The notes under the pieces: model-generated
The model's database searches: none
What the model was told of the DNA's origin: nothing
The model's input: only the letters and a program-made list of their open reading frames with translations
Assembly (NCBI GenBank): GCA_964590105.1
Contig: CAZPYM010000001.1
Span: 76,768 to 140,767, forward strand
Origin: an uncultured Gammaproteobacteria bacterium
Lineage (GTDB): Bacteria > Patescibacteriota > Patescibacteriia > UBA11705 > JABHMO01
Reading direction: 5' to 3'
Length of the DNA stretch: 64,000 nucleotides
Translations under genes and position numbers: made by a program
Shown: one piece after another, positions 56,050 through 64,000 of the stretch
Numbering within the stretch: the first letter of the stretch is position 1
How the letters are laid out: each line of letters opens with the position of its first letter

Positions 56050-56898
56050 ATGTCACATGAAATAATGCCAATCTTTGAAGGATATGGTGAAAAAGACAAA
56101 GAAATTTTTGGAGGAGAATTTAAATTATTAAATTTAGGTAAGAAAGAGGGTAGCTTTAAGCCAACAGATCCCAAATTTTATGAAAGGATAGAGGGTGTTA
56201 GAAAAAAATTAGGATTAAAGTACATTTTTGCACCAAGCTTAGCTTTTACAAAACGAACAGCATCAATGACTAACAAAGGTGAGGAAAAGTTTATGTTTGG
56301 ATCAGAAGGCAAGGATGATAAAGTCGCTACTGAAGGTATTATGAGAACAGAAGAAAAAGCTGATGGCGGAATAGTTTTTTTGGATGATTTAGAAAAGAAA
56401 GGTATAAATCCAAATGAAGTTGGAATCGCTGGTTTTAATGCTGATTGTCCATTTATTGTTGGTTATGATGAAAAGAAAAGAGCGATGTTCATGCTTCATG
56501 CTGGCTTAGCGTGTCTGCAAAAGACAGGTGAAAGAAATCATGAAACTATATTCGAAAAGGTAGTGAAGGATCATGATTTAGATCCAAAAAACATTAAAAT
56601 ATTTGTAACCGGAGGAATTCAAAAGTGTTGTTATGGGCGAGATGATCAGGTTTTTCCTGATGTTATGAAAGCCTGGGGCGTGCGTTTCGGTTCAGTTGCT
56701 ACCGAAGGTTCCAGAGAAGGTCAAACTTCAATGAATTTGTTAGCTTTGATTTACAATGATTTACTACGAGTAGGTGTTAATTCCGATAATATTGATGTGA
56801 ATGAAAAGTGTACCTGTTGTGATGGTGAACATTGGAGTAATGTTAAAGGTGATCAAGAAAGAAATTTAGTTTTGGTTAGACCAAACTTTTCTGAATAA
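56050..56898 (+). CDS. YfiH/PgeF (DUF152, LACC1-like) family purine-nucleoside enzyme candidate; AT-richer than its neighbours
   Basis: …FNADCPFIVGYDEKKRAMFMLHAGLACL… aligns with the YfiH …TADCLPVL…AAAHAGWRGL… core; C-terminal …EKCTCCDGE… matches …DRCTYTENE…. Confidence 0.4.
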   Translation: MSHEIMPIFEGYGEKDKEIFGGEFKLLNLGKKEGSFKPTDPKFYERIEGVRKKLGLKYIFAPSLAFTKRTASMTNKGEEKFMFGSEGKDDKVATEGIMRTEEKADGGIVFLDDLEKKGINPNEVGIAGFNADCPFIVGYDEKKRAMFMLHAGLACLQKTGERNHETIFEKVVKDHDLDPKNIKIFVTGGIQKCCYGRDDQVFPDVMKAWGVRFGSVATEGSREGQTSMNLLALIYNDLLRVGVNSDNIDVNEKCTCCDGEHWSNVKGDQERNLVLVRPNFSE

Positions 56899-56937
56899 AA
56901 CAAAAAAAATCCCCAATTGTCAAGTGGGAAAAAGTGA

Positions 56938-57363
56938 GTGGAGATTTATATGAAAATCAAATGTATTATTTTTGATTTTTACAATGTCTTGTACCCTTTT
57001 ACTGCTGAAGCTGAAAAGGTTGTTGAATATTGCCGAAGTAAAGGATTAAAGCTGGCGGCGGTTTCCAGTTTATCCCCAGAAAAAGTTGATGAAATTGCCA
57101 AACATTATAAAATAGATACAGTGCTGGCTTCCTGGAACTTTGGTCTGCACAAAACTCAGCCTGAAATTTATCAGCGATTGCTCGGCCGGCTGGAACTAAA
57201 GGGTTGCGAATGCCTGATGGTTGACGATGAGCAGATCCGGCTTTCGGCGGCGAAAAGCTGCGGAATAAATACGGTTTGGTTGAAATTGGTGGAAGGTGAT
57301 AAACTTGAAACAACGGATTGCGTAATCAGCGAACTAGGGGAACTAAGTGAATTAGCGAATTAG
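56938..57363 (+). CDS. small HAD-superfamily hydrolase-like protein (variant motif I, DFYN instead of DxDG)
   Basis: IIFDFYNVL (motif I-like) and MVDDEQIRLSAAKSCGINTV (motif IV-like). Confidence 0.45.
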   Translation: MEIYMKIKCIIFDFYNVLYPFTAEAEKVVEYCRSKGLKLAAVSSLSPEKVDEIAKHYKIDTVLASWNFGLHKTQPEIYQRLLGRLELKGCECLMVDDEQIRLSAAKSCGINTVWLKLVEGDKLETTDCVISELGELSELAN

Positions 57364-57395
57364 CGAATTGGAGAATTGGCGAATTGGAGAGTGGA
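57325..57395 (+). repeat. tandem 8-9-bp repeats (GAACTAAG/GAATTAGC/GAATTGGC…) spanning the HAD gene's 3' end and the intergenic region
   Basis: gaactaggggaactaagtgaattagcgaattagcgaattggagaattggcgaattggagag. Confidence 0.4.
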
Positions 57396-57659
57396 AATAA
57401 AATATAAATAAGCCGAGGAGCTCCGAGCGGAGCGAGGAGCGACGAGGCGGCCGTCCGCCGGGACATACGCTTTCCCCCTCCCGACGGAGCGCAAGGGAAA
57501 GCGGAAATAATTATTGAATTGAAAAGCGGAGTACAGGGAGGGGGACAAAGGGGGTGGGTTCTTGCGGTAAGCGATTATATGCGGCGGATTCGTGAAAGGG
57601 CGGTTTCAGAAATTTCGATGAACTTAATTAACCTAATTAATCTTAATTAACTTTATTAT

Positions 57660-58943
57660 ATGCCCCACGTCGGATTTATTGACCCCATGTATCAGCCAAA
57701 TTACAAAAAAGAGATTGTGGCCACTTTTCATATGGAGCCGGAAGTGGCTTTTAATGAAGCGGCGGAGGCAGTGGCCGGTGAAAGTTCAATTGGTTCGTGG
57801 ACTGATTTATCCACGCTAAAGCCGGAAGTTGCCCAAAAAATTAAAGCCGTGGTTTTTTATTTAAATCAAAAACAAAAAATTATTAAAATCGCTTATCCTT
57901 TGGATTTGTTTGAACTCGGAAGCATTCCACAATTTCTTTCGAGCGTGGGCGGTAATGTTTTTTCAATGAAAGCCGTGAAAAATCTGCGATTGTTGGATGT
58001 GGAATTCCCGGAAAAATATATTAAAAGTTTTCAAGGGCCGGCGCTTGGCATTGAGGGTATTAGAAAAATATTGAAAAATAAAGACCGGCTTATTCTTGGC
58101 AGTATTATTAAACCCAAAGTCGGATTAACTGCGGCTGAACACGCGGAGGTTGCCTATGAAGTGTGGCGGAATGGAATTGACCTGGTAAAAGACGATGAAA
58201 ATCTGACCGACATGGTTTTTAATCGATTTGAAGAGCGGGTAAAAAGAACTTTGGCCAAAAGAAAAAAAGCAGAAGAGGAAACAGGAAAAATTAAAATATA
58301 TGCAGTGAATATTACCGCACCGGCAGATATCATGCTGGAACGAGCCAAGTTTGTGAAGGCGCAGGGCGGCCGTTGTGTAATGGTGGATATAATTTCAACC
58401 GGCCTCGACAATGTTCAGTATTTACGTAAGCAAAATTTAGGTTTGATAATTCACGGGCACCGAGCGGGCCATAGCACTTTTACCCGCAATCCGCGGCACG
58501 GTATTACCATGCTCGTCATTGCCAAACTTGCCAGATTGGCTGGAGTTGATCAGCTTCATACTGGCACAGTCGTTGGCAAGATGGAAGGTTCAGTGGATGA
58601 TGTCTTGACGACTAATGAGCTGTTGCGGGAAGACTGGCAGCATTATCATGTTCTTCAAGAAAATTGGACGTCATTAAAACCAACCATGCCCATTGCTTCA
58701 GGCGGACTGCATCCGGGCCTTTTGCCAAAACTGGTTGAAATCCTTGGCAGCGATTTAATCGCTAATTTTGGCGGCGGGGTGCATGGACATCGAGATGGCT
58801 CGGCAGCCGGCGCTCGCGCCTGTTTTCAGGCGGCTGAGGCCATTGCAGCGGGCAAATCACTGCGCGATCAGGCCAAATTTCATCCTGAACTGAAAATAGC
58901 GCTGGATCAGTGGGGCGGTGTGAAATATAAATATGAGAGGTGA
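57660..58943 (+). CDS. rbcL: ribulose-1,5-bisphosphate carboxylase large subunit, form III (II/III-like) type
   Basis: RuBisCO large-subunit catalytic motifs (…GGLHPG…, …GGGVHGHRDGSAAGARA…); about 427 aa with no small-subunit gene nearby. Confidence 0.8.
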   Translation: MPHVGFIDPMYQPNYKKEIVATFHMEPEVAFNEAAEAVAGESSIGSWTDLSTLKPEVAQKIKAVVFYLNQKQKIIKIAYPLDLFELGSIPQFLSSVGGNVFSMKAVKNLRLLDVEFPEKYIKSFQGPALGIEGIRKILKNKDRLILGSIIKPKVGLTAAEHAEVAYEVWRNGIDLVKDDENLTDMVFNRFEERVKRTLAKRKKAEEETGKIKIYAVNITAPADIMLERAKFVKAQGGRCVMVDIISTGLDNVQYLRKQNLGLIIHGHRAGHSTFTRNPRHGITMLVIAKLARLAGVDQLHTGTVVGKMEGSVDDVLTTNELLREDWQHYHVLQENWTSLKPTMPIASGGLHPGLLPKLVEILGSDLIANFGGGVHGHRDGSAAGARACFQAAEAIAAGKSLRDQAKFHPELKIALDQWGGVKYKYER

Positions 58944-59133
58944 AGAGGATATAGGATGAACAGGATAAATAGGAGATTAGAAACTGGAAATCAGAAATTG
59001 GGGTTACTGTCTTTTCTTTCTATTTCACATCTCACGTCTCACTTCTCACTTCTCATGTCTTACTACTTTTTCGCGTTTGTAATTTGTTATTTGCTTGTAA
59101 TTTGTTATTTGTAATTTGTAATTTTATTATTTT

Positions 59134-60633
59134 ATGTCGTATTATCTAAAATGTAAAAAACTGGATTTTTCCACCGGCGGGCCATTGGTGGTTCTTTTGA
59201 ATGAAGAAGAAGCGCAAAACTACGGTATTTATCCGGGAGACAGAGTTCAAATCGGCTGGGACAAAAAAAAGAAAGAGATTGCCGACGTGGATGTTTCGGA
59301 TTCGAAAGTCCAACCTGGCGAGATCGGATTATTTGAGGAAATTTGGAAAAAACACAATGTTGAAAGCGGCGACGTGGCTGAAATAACGTTGGAATCGCGG
59401 CCGCTGTCAATGGAAACTCTGCGAAAAAAAATGCTTGGCAAGCCGGCCAATTACAAAGAAATGTATGCGCTGATCAAAGATATTGCTGACGGCAGAATGG
59501 GTAAAATTGAAACAACATATTACGCGGCCAGCGGATTTGTTAAACCTTTTTCTGACCAGGAACTTTATTTTGTGGCCAAGGCCATGGCGGAAACCGGTGA
59601 ACAATTCAATTATAAAAAAATAAAAGTGGCAGACAAACATTCGGTCGGCGGCTTGGCCGGCAATAGGATGACGCCGATTATTGTTTCAATAATTGCTTCA
59701 CTTGGAATTTACATTCCGAAAACATCTTCTCGCGCCATCACTTCGCCTGCAGGAACTGCGGATATGATGGAAGTTCTTTGCCCCGTAAGTTTTACCTTGC
59801 CGGAAATAAAAAAAATTGTGCGCAAAACAAAAGGCTGCCTGGTCTGGGGTGGCGGACTGCGCATGGCGCCGGCTGATGACAAAATTATTAAAGTTTCCCG
59901 GCCGTTGGCAGTGGAATCATATGATAAAATGATTGTCAGTATTATTGCCAAGAAAGTGGCGACCGGTGTTGACTATTTAGTTGTGGATGTTCCTGTAGGC
60001 GCGACCTGTAAAGTGCCGGACATGAAACATGCCAGGCAAATTGAGAAAAAGTTTCATGCTCTGTGCAAAAGATTTAATATTAAAGTAAAAGTGGTAATAA
60101 CTCCAGCCAAAGAACCGATCGGTCGGGGAATAGGACCGGCGCTCGAAGCTAGGGATGTTCTGCGCGTTCTTCAGCAACATAAATTCAAGCCGCTTGATCT
60201 GGAAAATAAATCTTGCAAGCTGGCCGGCAAGCTTCTCGAATTAAAAGGGTTTTGTCGCGCTGGCAAGGGAATTTTAATCGCCAAGCAGCAAATAAAAAAC
60301 GGCGAGGCTTGGAAAAAAATGAATCAGATTATTATTGCTCAGGGAGGCAAAGTAGATATTAATTCCGAAGAAGTAATGCAGGAAGTGGAACGCTATGAGA
60401 TTCATGCCAAAAGAAAAGGGAAAATAGCTTTTGTTGATAATAAAGAAATAAATGAGGTGTGCATGAACCTGGGCGCGCCGATTGATAAATACGCCGGTAT
60501 TCATACGCACGTGAGATATGGCCAAAAAGTGAAAAAAGGTCAGAAGCTTTTCACCATGTACGCCAGCAGTCATGATCGCCTAAAACTGGGCGTGGCCGCC
60601 GCCGGTAACAATATAATTTTCCACATCAATTAG
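59134..60633 (+). CDS. AMP phosphorylase (thymidine-phosphorylase family with N-terminal extension)
   Basis: Pyrimidine-nucleoside phosphorylase core (…HSVGGLAGNRMTPIIVSIIASLG…TSSRAITSPAGTADMMEV…) plus an N-terminal extension, next to RuBisCO III and e2b2. Confidence 0.75.
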   Translation: MSYYLKCKKLDFSTGGPLVVLLNEEEAQNYGIYPGDRVQIGWDKKKKEIADVDVSDSKVQPGEIGLFEEIWKKHNVESGDVAEITLESRPLSMETLRKKMLGKPANYKEMYALIKDIADGRMGKIETTYYAASGFVKPFSDQELYFVAKAMAETGEQFNYKKIKVADKHSVGGLAGNRMTPIIVSIIASLGIYIPKTSSRAITSPAGTADMMEVLCPVSFTLPEIKKIVRKTKGCLVWGGGLRMAPADDKIIKVSRPLAVESYDKMIVSIIAKKVATGVDYLVVDVPVGATCKVPDMKHARQIEKKFHALCKRFNIKVKVVITPAKEPIGRGIGPALEARDVLRVLQQHKFKPLDLENKSCKLAGKLLELKGFCRAGKGILIAKQQIKNGEAWKKMNQIIIAQGGKVDINSEEVMQEVERYEIHAKRKGKIAFVDNKEINEVCMNLGAPIDKYAGIHTHVRYGQKVKKGQKLFTMYASSHDRLKLGVAAAGNNIIFHIN

Positions 60634-60698
60634 TTTGACAGCTGGGTAAAAAATATGATAACCTTATTTAAGTAACATAATTAATTAAAGTATAATTT

Positions 60699-61433
60699 AT
60701 GGTAGAAGAATTACATCCTGTGAGCAGGAAATCAGGAGAAAAAACCAATTTTTTTCTGGGATTTTTTTCAGGCATGGCCTTGCTGGCCGTGGTCGCTTTT
60801 TTTGTTTTGTTAATCATGGTTTTTGTTGGCAAACAGCCTGTTGATTTGGCTGTTAACGCAGAAGATAACACTGCGTTGGCCGCGGAAGAGCAGCAAGCGC
60901 CGGAAGCAGCGCCAGTTCCGCCGGTTACTGATGCGGATTACTTTATCGGCGGTAAAAATGCCAAAGTTGTATTGATTGAATACACTGATTTTGAGTGTCC
61001 CTATTGCCTGCGCCATCATGACACAGCCAAGCAGATCAGAGAAACGTATGGGGACAAAATAAAGTTTGTCGGTAGAAATTTTCCTTTGTCTTTTCACCCC
61101 GAGTCTCAGAAAGCTGCAGAAGCGGTGGAATGCGCCGGCGAGCAGGGTAAATACTGGCAAATGTATGACGCGGCTTTTGCGGCTAATGAAGCTGGTGAAA
61201 TGGGCGTGGAAAAATGGAAGTCCGAAGCTGTAAAACTCGGATTAAATGCCAGTAAATTTAATGATTGTTTGGATTCGGGAAAAACCGTTTCTAAAATTGA
61301 TGAGCAAATGGCCAGCGCCAGCGCAGCTGGAGTTGACGGAACGCCAGCGACTTTTGTCAATGGGCAATTGGTCAGCGGTGCTTTGCCGTTTGAAAGTTTC
61401 AAGCAGATTATTGACGGATTACTTGGAGAATAA
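60699..61433 (+). CDS. DsbA-like thioredoxin-fold thiol-disulfide oxidoreductase with an N-terminal TM anchor
   Basis: CPYC active site; TM LALLAVVAFFVLLIMVFV. Confidence 0.7.
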   Translation: MVEELHPVSRKSGEKTNFFLGFFSGMALLAVVAFFVLLIMVFVGKQPVDLAVNAEDNTALAAEEQQAPEAAPVPPVTDADYFIGGKNAKVVLIEYTDFECPYCLRHHDTAKQIRETYGDKIKFVGRNFPLSFHPESQKAAEAVECAGEQGKYWQMYDAAFAANEAGEMGVEKWKSEAVKLGLNASKFNDCLDSGKTVSKIDEQMASASAAGVDGTPATFVNGQLVSGALPFESFKQIIDGLLGE

Positions 61434-61502
61434 ATGTAAATTTAGAATATAAGAAAATCCCGCACTTTTGAAAGGCGGGATTTTTTTTGGGTAATAGGAG
61501 AT

Positions 61503-62087
61503 TTAAGAAATCTCTTTGATCTGGTGGGCCAGACTGAAAACAGCGAACAATAGACTGGCGGTCAGAACGTAATTGATGAACAGTTCTGCGATAATGATGG
61601 TTTCATTATCGATTTGCAGATTGACGATGGCCAGTTTGAGCAGGATTAGCAGACAGAACGCGCTTTTTTCAAAGTTGGCCTTGAGCTTTCCGGATAATTT
61701 GGCCATGATATTGTAAGCAACCTGTTTTTTTACTCCATAGTTCCATTTGTAAATGCGCAGTACGGTTAGTGAAATGCCGAGAGTAATGACCGGCAGGCTG
61801 ACAAAAATGGAAATTTCTTTCCAGAAATAGATTAGGAATGTCCAGGTAAAAAACTTGTCTACCAGCGGGTCAAAGAATGCGCCGATTTGCGAGGAGCATT
61901 TCAGCCGTCGCGCCACCCAGCCGTCAAAAAGGTCCGACAGCCAGGCAAGTACGTACACAGCGAGCGCCCAGTACAAAAGCCATTTTTCAAGGAGACAAAG
62001 AACGATTGGTACCATCAGTAGCCCGAAAAGTGTGATGGAATTTGGCAGAAGTCCGCGCCTAAAGTCGCGTTTGAAACTGTATATCAT
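61503..62087 (-). CDS. CDP-alcohol phosphatidyltransferase (PgsA-like)
   Basis: …SDLFDGWVARR…D…D motif block and multiple TM helices. Confidence 0.75.
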   Translation of the reverse strand: MIYSFKRDFRRGLLPNSITLFGLLMVPIVLCLLEKWLLYWALAVYVLAWLSDLFDGWVARRLKCSSQIGAFFDPLVDKFFTWTFLIYFWKEISIFVSLPVITLGISLTVLRIYKWNYGVKKQVAYNIMAKLSGKLKANFEKSAFCLLILLKLAIVNLQIDNETIIIAELFINYVLTASLLFAVFSLAHQIKEIS

Positions 62088-62300
62088 GCGAAGCCCTCCT
62101 TTTTTGCAACCATAATAAAGTATAGTTTACCGCGATTATGAACGATGTCAAGGTTGAATTTTTTAATCAGATTTGCTAGAATTGAATTAGGATTTTCAAA
62201 ATAGAGATTTAGTTAAAACCCTGATATTATGAAGTCTCTGATGAATTTTAAATTCTAGATTTCCTTTGGTTTTTGGGCTTTTAACTTTGAGTTTATTCCT

Positions 62301-62388
62301 GGAGGGTTCGCCTAGTGGTCTATGGCGCACGCTTGGAAAGCGTGTTGAGCGCAAGCTCTCGAGGGTTCAAATCCCTCACCCTCCGCCA
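62301..62388 (+). tRNA. tRNA-Ser (anticodon GGA), type II with long variable arm, CCA encoded
   Basis: Cloverleaf folded by hand: acceptor GGAGGGT/ACCCTCC, 3-bp D stem, anticodon stem CACGC/GCGTG with loop TTGGAAA, long variable arm, T arm GAGGG-TTCAAAT-CCCTC, then GCCA. Confidence 0.85.
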
Positions 62389-62393
62389 CTCGA

Positions 62394-62537
62394 CTCGCTA
62401 CGCTAGCTCGTGGTCTTCGACCAAGTATCGGAAAAAGAGTCGAGTGCCTCGAACGAACCCTTCACTTTCGTTCAGGGTAAACTCCGTGAGGCGAGAGGCA
62501 AGTTACTCGCTACGCTCGCTCGTGGTCTTTGGCCAAG
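62394..62537 (+). repeat. two 32-nt direct repeats (29/32 identical) 80 nt apart, immediately downstream of tRNA-Ser
   Basis: ctcgctacgctagctcgtggtcttcgaccaag (62394..62425) versus ctcgctacgctcgctcgtggtctttggccaag (62506..62537); a 10-bp stem cactcgactc/gagtcgagtg also pairs 62388..62397 with 62438..62447. Confidence 0.5.
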
Positions 62538-62640
62538 GAAAGGGACGAAAGTCTTGATATATGCAGGTGAGCCTGGAGTCTCATGTGCAATATTAATTGC
62601 GGCAGGCTTTGTAAATGACATTATTAATTTATCCATCAGT

Positions 62641-63051
62641 ATGAAAATTTATTTTGCGGGTTCCATTAGAGGCGGGAGAGACGATGCGGATTTATATTTT
62701 AAAATAATTGAGCATTTGAAGCGTTACGGTGAGGTTTTAACAGAACATGTCGGGGACAAGAACCTCAAGCTTCAAGGTGAAGATGGTCTCACAAATGAAT
62801 ATATTCATAATCGCGATCTTGAATGGGTTTTGGAGGCTGCTGTTTTAGTTGCTGAAGTTTCGACTGCGTCGCTTGGTGTTGGCTATGAAATTGGGAGAGC
62901 TATTGAGAATGGGAAAAGAGTCCTATGTCTGCATCGTTGTCAAGACGGAAAAAGACTTTCTGCCATGATTGCCGGTTCTCCTGATGTAACTAACGCAGAA
63001 TATAGAAACATAGACGAGGCTATAGAAATAATTGATGATTTTTTAAAATAA
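62641..63051 (+). CDS. nucleoside 2-deoxyribosyltransferase-family protein (DNPH1/Rcl-like 2'-deoxynucleoside 5'-phosphate N-hydrolase candidate)
   Basis: MKIYFAGSIRGGRDD… matches the DNPH1 YFCGSIRGGR signature; a catalytic Glu-containing …GVGYEIG… segment follows. Confidence 0.6.
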   Translation: MKIYFAGSIRGGRDDADLYFKIIEHLKRYGEVLTEHVGDKNLKLQGEDGLTNEYIHNRDLEWVLEAAVLVAEVSTASLGVGYEIGRAIENGKRVLCLHRCQDGKRLSAMIAGSPDVTNAEYRNIDEAIEIIDDFLK

Positions 63052-63080
63052 AGTTTGTTTTTGCGCTTTTCAAATATCAT

Positions 63081-63404
63081 ATGCAAATAAAAAAAATTTT
63101 CGAGAAATCAAATCGAAAAATTCGCGTAATGAGCGCGATTGAGTACATTTTATTTCAGGAACACGGAATTGAATTTAGCCAAGTCCCGGTGACGCTTAAA
63201 AAACGACTTGAACAGCTGGTTGGTGATTTGCTGCTCAATAAAGCTGGCGCTTCAACAAAACGCGAGCAATCATCAGTAAGTGGAACTGCGGAGCTGGTCA
63301 AACAAGGATTGTTGGAGTTTGGAATCAAGGGGGAGCTCTCCGAATTGACGGGAATAATTGACGAAATTATTCAGCATGAAAAGGAGCGTTCGCGCGAAGA
63401 TTGA
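63081..63404 (+). CDS. hypothetical protein
   Basis: 107-aa ORF, no recognised motif. Confidence 0.35.
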   Translation: MQIKKIFEKSNRKIRVMSAIEYILFQEHGIEFSQVPVTLKKRLEQLVGDLLLNKAGASTKREQSSVSGTAELVKQGLLEFGIKGELSELTGIIDEIIQHEKERSRED

Positions 63405-63423
63405 CAATTCTCGCTGGTTTTTT

Positions 63424-63499
63424 TGTCCTCGTAGTTCAACGGATAGAATGTGAGCTTCCGGAGCTCAAGATGGAGGTTCGATTCCTCCCGGGGGCACCA
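63424..63499 (+). tRNA. tRNA-Arg (anticodon CCG), CCA encoded
   Basis: Acceptor GTCCTCG/CGGGGGC, D arm GTTC-AACGGATA-GAAT, anticodon stem TGAGC/GCTCA with loop TTCCGGA, T arm GGAGG-TTCGATT-CCTCC, discriminator A plus CCA. Confidence 0.85.
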
Positions 63500-63635
63500 G
63501 CCTTCGCTCTGTACTTTGTCAGGGCTACGGCTGGCAGGCCATGTATTTTGGAATGAGTGCGGGGCTCGGGTACATGGTAAACCATTGTTTAGTGCTCTGA
63601 AACTCGGGGCTTGGGGCCATATATATTTAATTGTT

Positions 63636-64000
63636 ATGAAGAAAAATATTATTATAATCGTTTTGGTTGTAATTGCAATATGTTCATTTGTTTTGTGGGA
63701 AAAAGATTCAGAACATAATGCAACTTCACTCTCACTGCCCAGCACTTGCCTTGATCAGCCGGAGGGCGCGCCAGTAATAACTTCTTTATCAAACTATTCT
63801 GGTTCTGTGGGGATGGAATTGGAAATAAACGGTTGTAACTTCGCCGGCTTCGAAGGCGACAAGAATATTTGGCTTGAGAATGGGCTCGGAATAAAGGGAA
63901 TTCTTTTTGGAGAATCAGATTCAACAAACAAATTAATAAAGATTACTTTGCAGTCACCGCTTTGTCAGCAGGATACTTCATACAGCGGTCTGCCGTGTGA
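63636..64000 (+). CDS. N-terminal part of a secreted protein (signal peptide); the ORF runs off the end of the window
   Basis: ATG at 63636 and an open frame to 64000: MKKNIIIIVLVVIAICSFVLW… followed by a Cys/Gly-rich domain. Confidence 0.4.
   Translation, partial: MKKNIIIIVLVVIAICSFVLWEKDSEHNATSLSLPSTCLDQPEGAPVITSLSNYSGSVGMELEINGCNFAGFEGDKNIWLENGLGIKGILFGESDSTNKLIKITLQSPLCQQDTSYSGLPC

Noticed and set aside
62394-62537. Possible CRISPR array from the two 32-nt direct repeats
   Set aside because: There are only two copies, the spacer is 80 nt, the repeats are imperfect, and no cas genes are present. Not a CRISPR.
62315-62640. ORFs 62315..62557 and the 5' extension of 62410..63051 overlapping tRNA-Ser and its structured flank
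   Set aside because: They overlap a tRNA gene. The recognisable nucleoside 2-deoxyribosyltransferase homology starts at the Met at 62641, so the upstream extension is treated as noncoding.
63371-63745. 124-aa minus-strand ORF
   Set aside because: It overlaps tRNA-Arg and the start of a signal-peptide gene on the plus strand, and its translation is low-complexity. Considered spurious.

Overview
This AT-rich, gene-dense window is almost all housekeeping genes typical of a small-genome Patescibacteria/CPR-like bacterium (inferred from gene content and architecture only; no search was run). Recognisable genes include gatA (3' part), queH, a UvrD-family helicase, deoxynucleoside kinase, ddl, a ClpC-like ATPase, an MraY/WecA-family transferase, rplU, recR, ybaB, dnaB, folD, glyA, an Elp3-like radical-SAM acetyltransferase, murC, murB, hpf, secA, secD, secF, a pseudouridine synthase, an MsbA-like ABC exporter, a beta-CASP RNase, tRNA-Ser(GGA) and tRNA-Arg(CCG). 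An archaeal-type AMP-salvage cluster is present (ribose-1,5-bisphosphate isomerase, form-III RuBisCO, AMP phosphorylase) with extra nucleoside-salvage genes nearby. The observations most worth a second look are: (1) a ~1.1-kb promoter-to-terminator region at 9817..10952 with no credible ORF, strongly T-poor, carrying two C(UUCG)G and one GNRA tetraloop hairpins, which I read as a candidate large structured ncRNA of unknown class; (2) a sharply GC-rich single-gene cassette at 6977..8958 with a consensus sigma70 promoter, strong SD and intrinsic terminator, encoding a 612-aa membrane protein I cannot place, probably foreign; (3) a SecD whose periplasmic head carries an inserted parvulin-type PPIase domain; (4) an orphan VirD4/TraG-like coupling ATPase paired with a membrane protein; (5) a frameshifted GxxExxY PD-(D/E)xK pseudogene flanked by inverted arrays of GCGAAT heptamers, a motif that recurs at several intergenic sites; (6) a decayed RayT/IS200-like transposase; and (7) several structured leaders and repeated hairpins. 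All product calls rest on motif recognition by eye, not on database searches.
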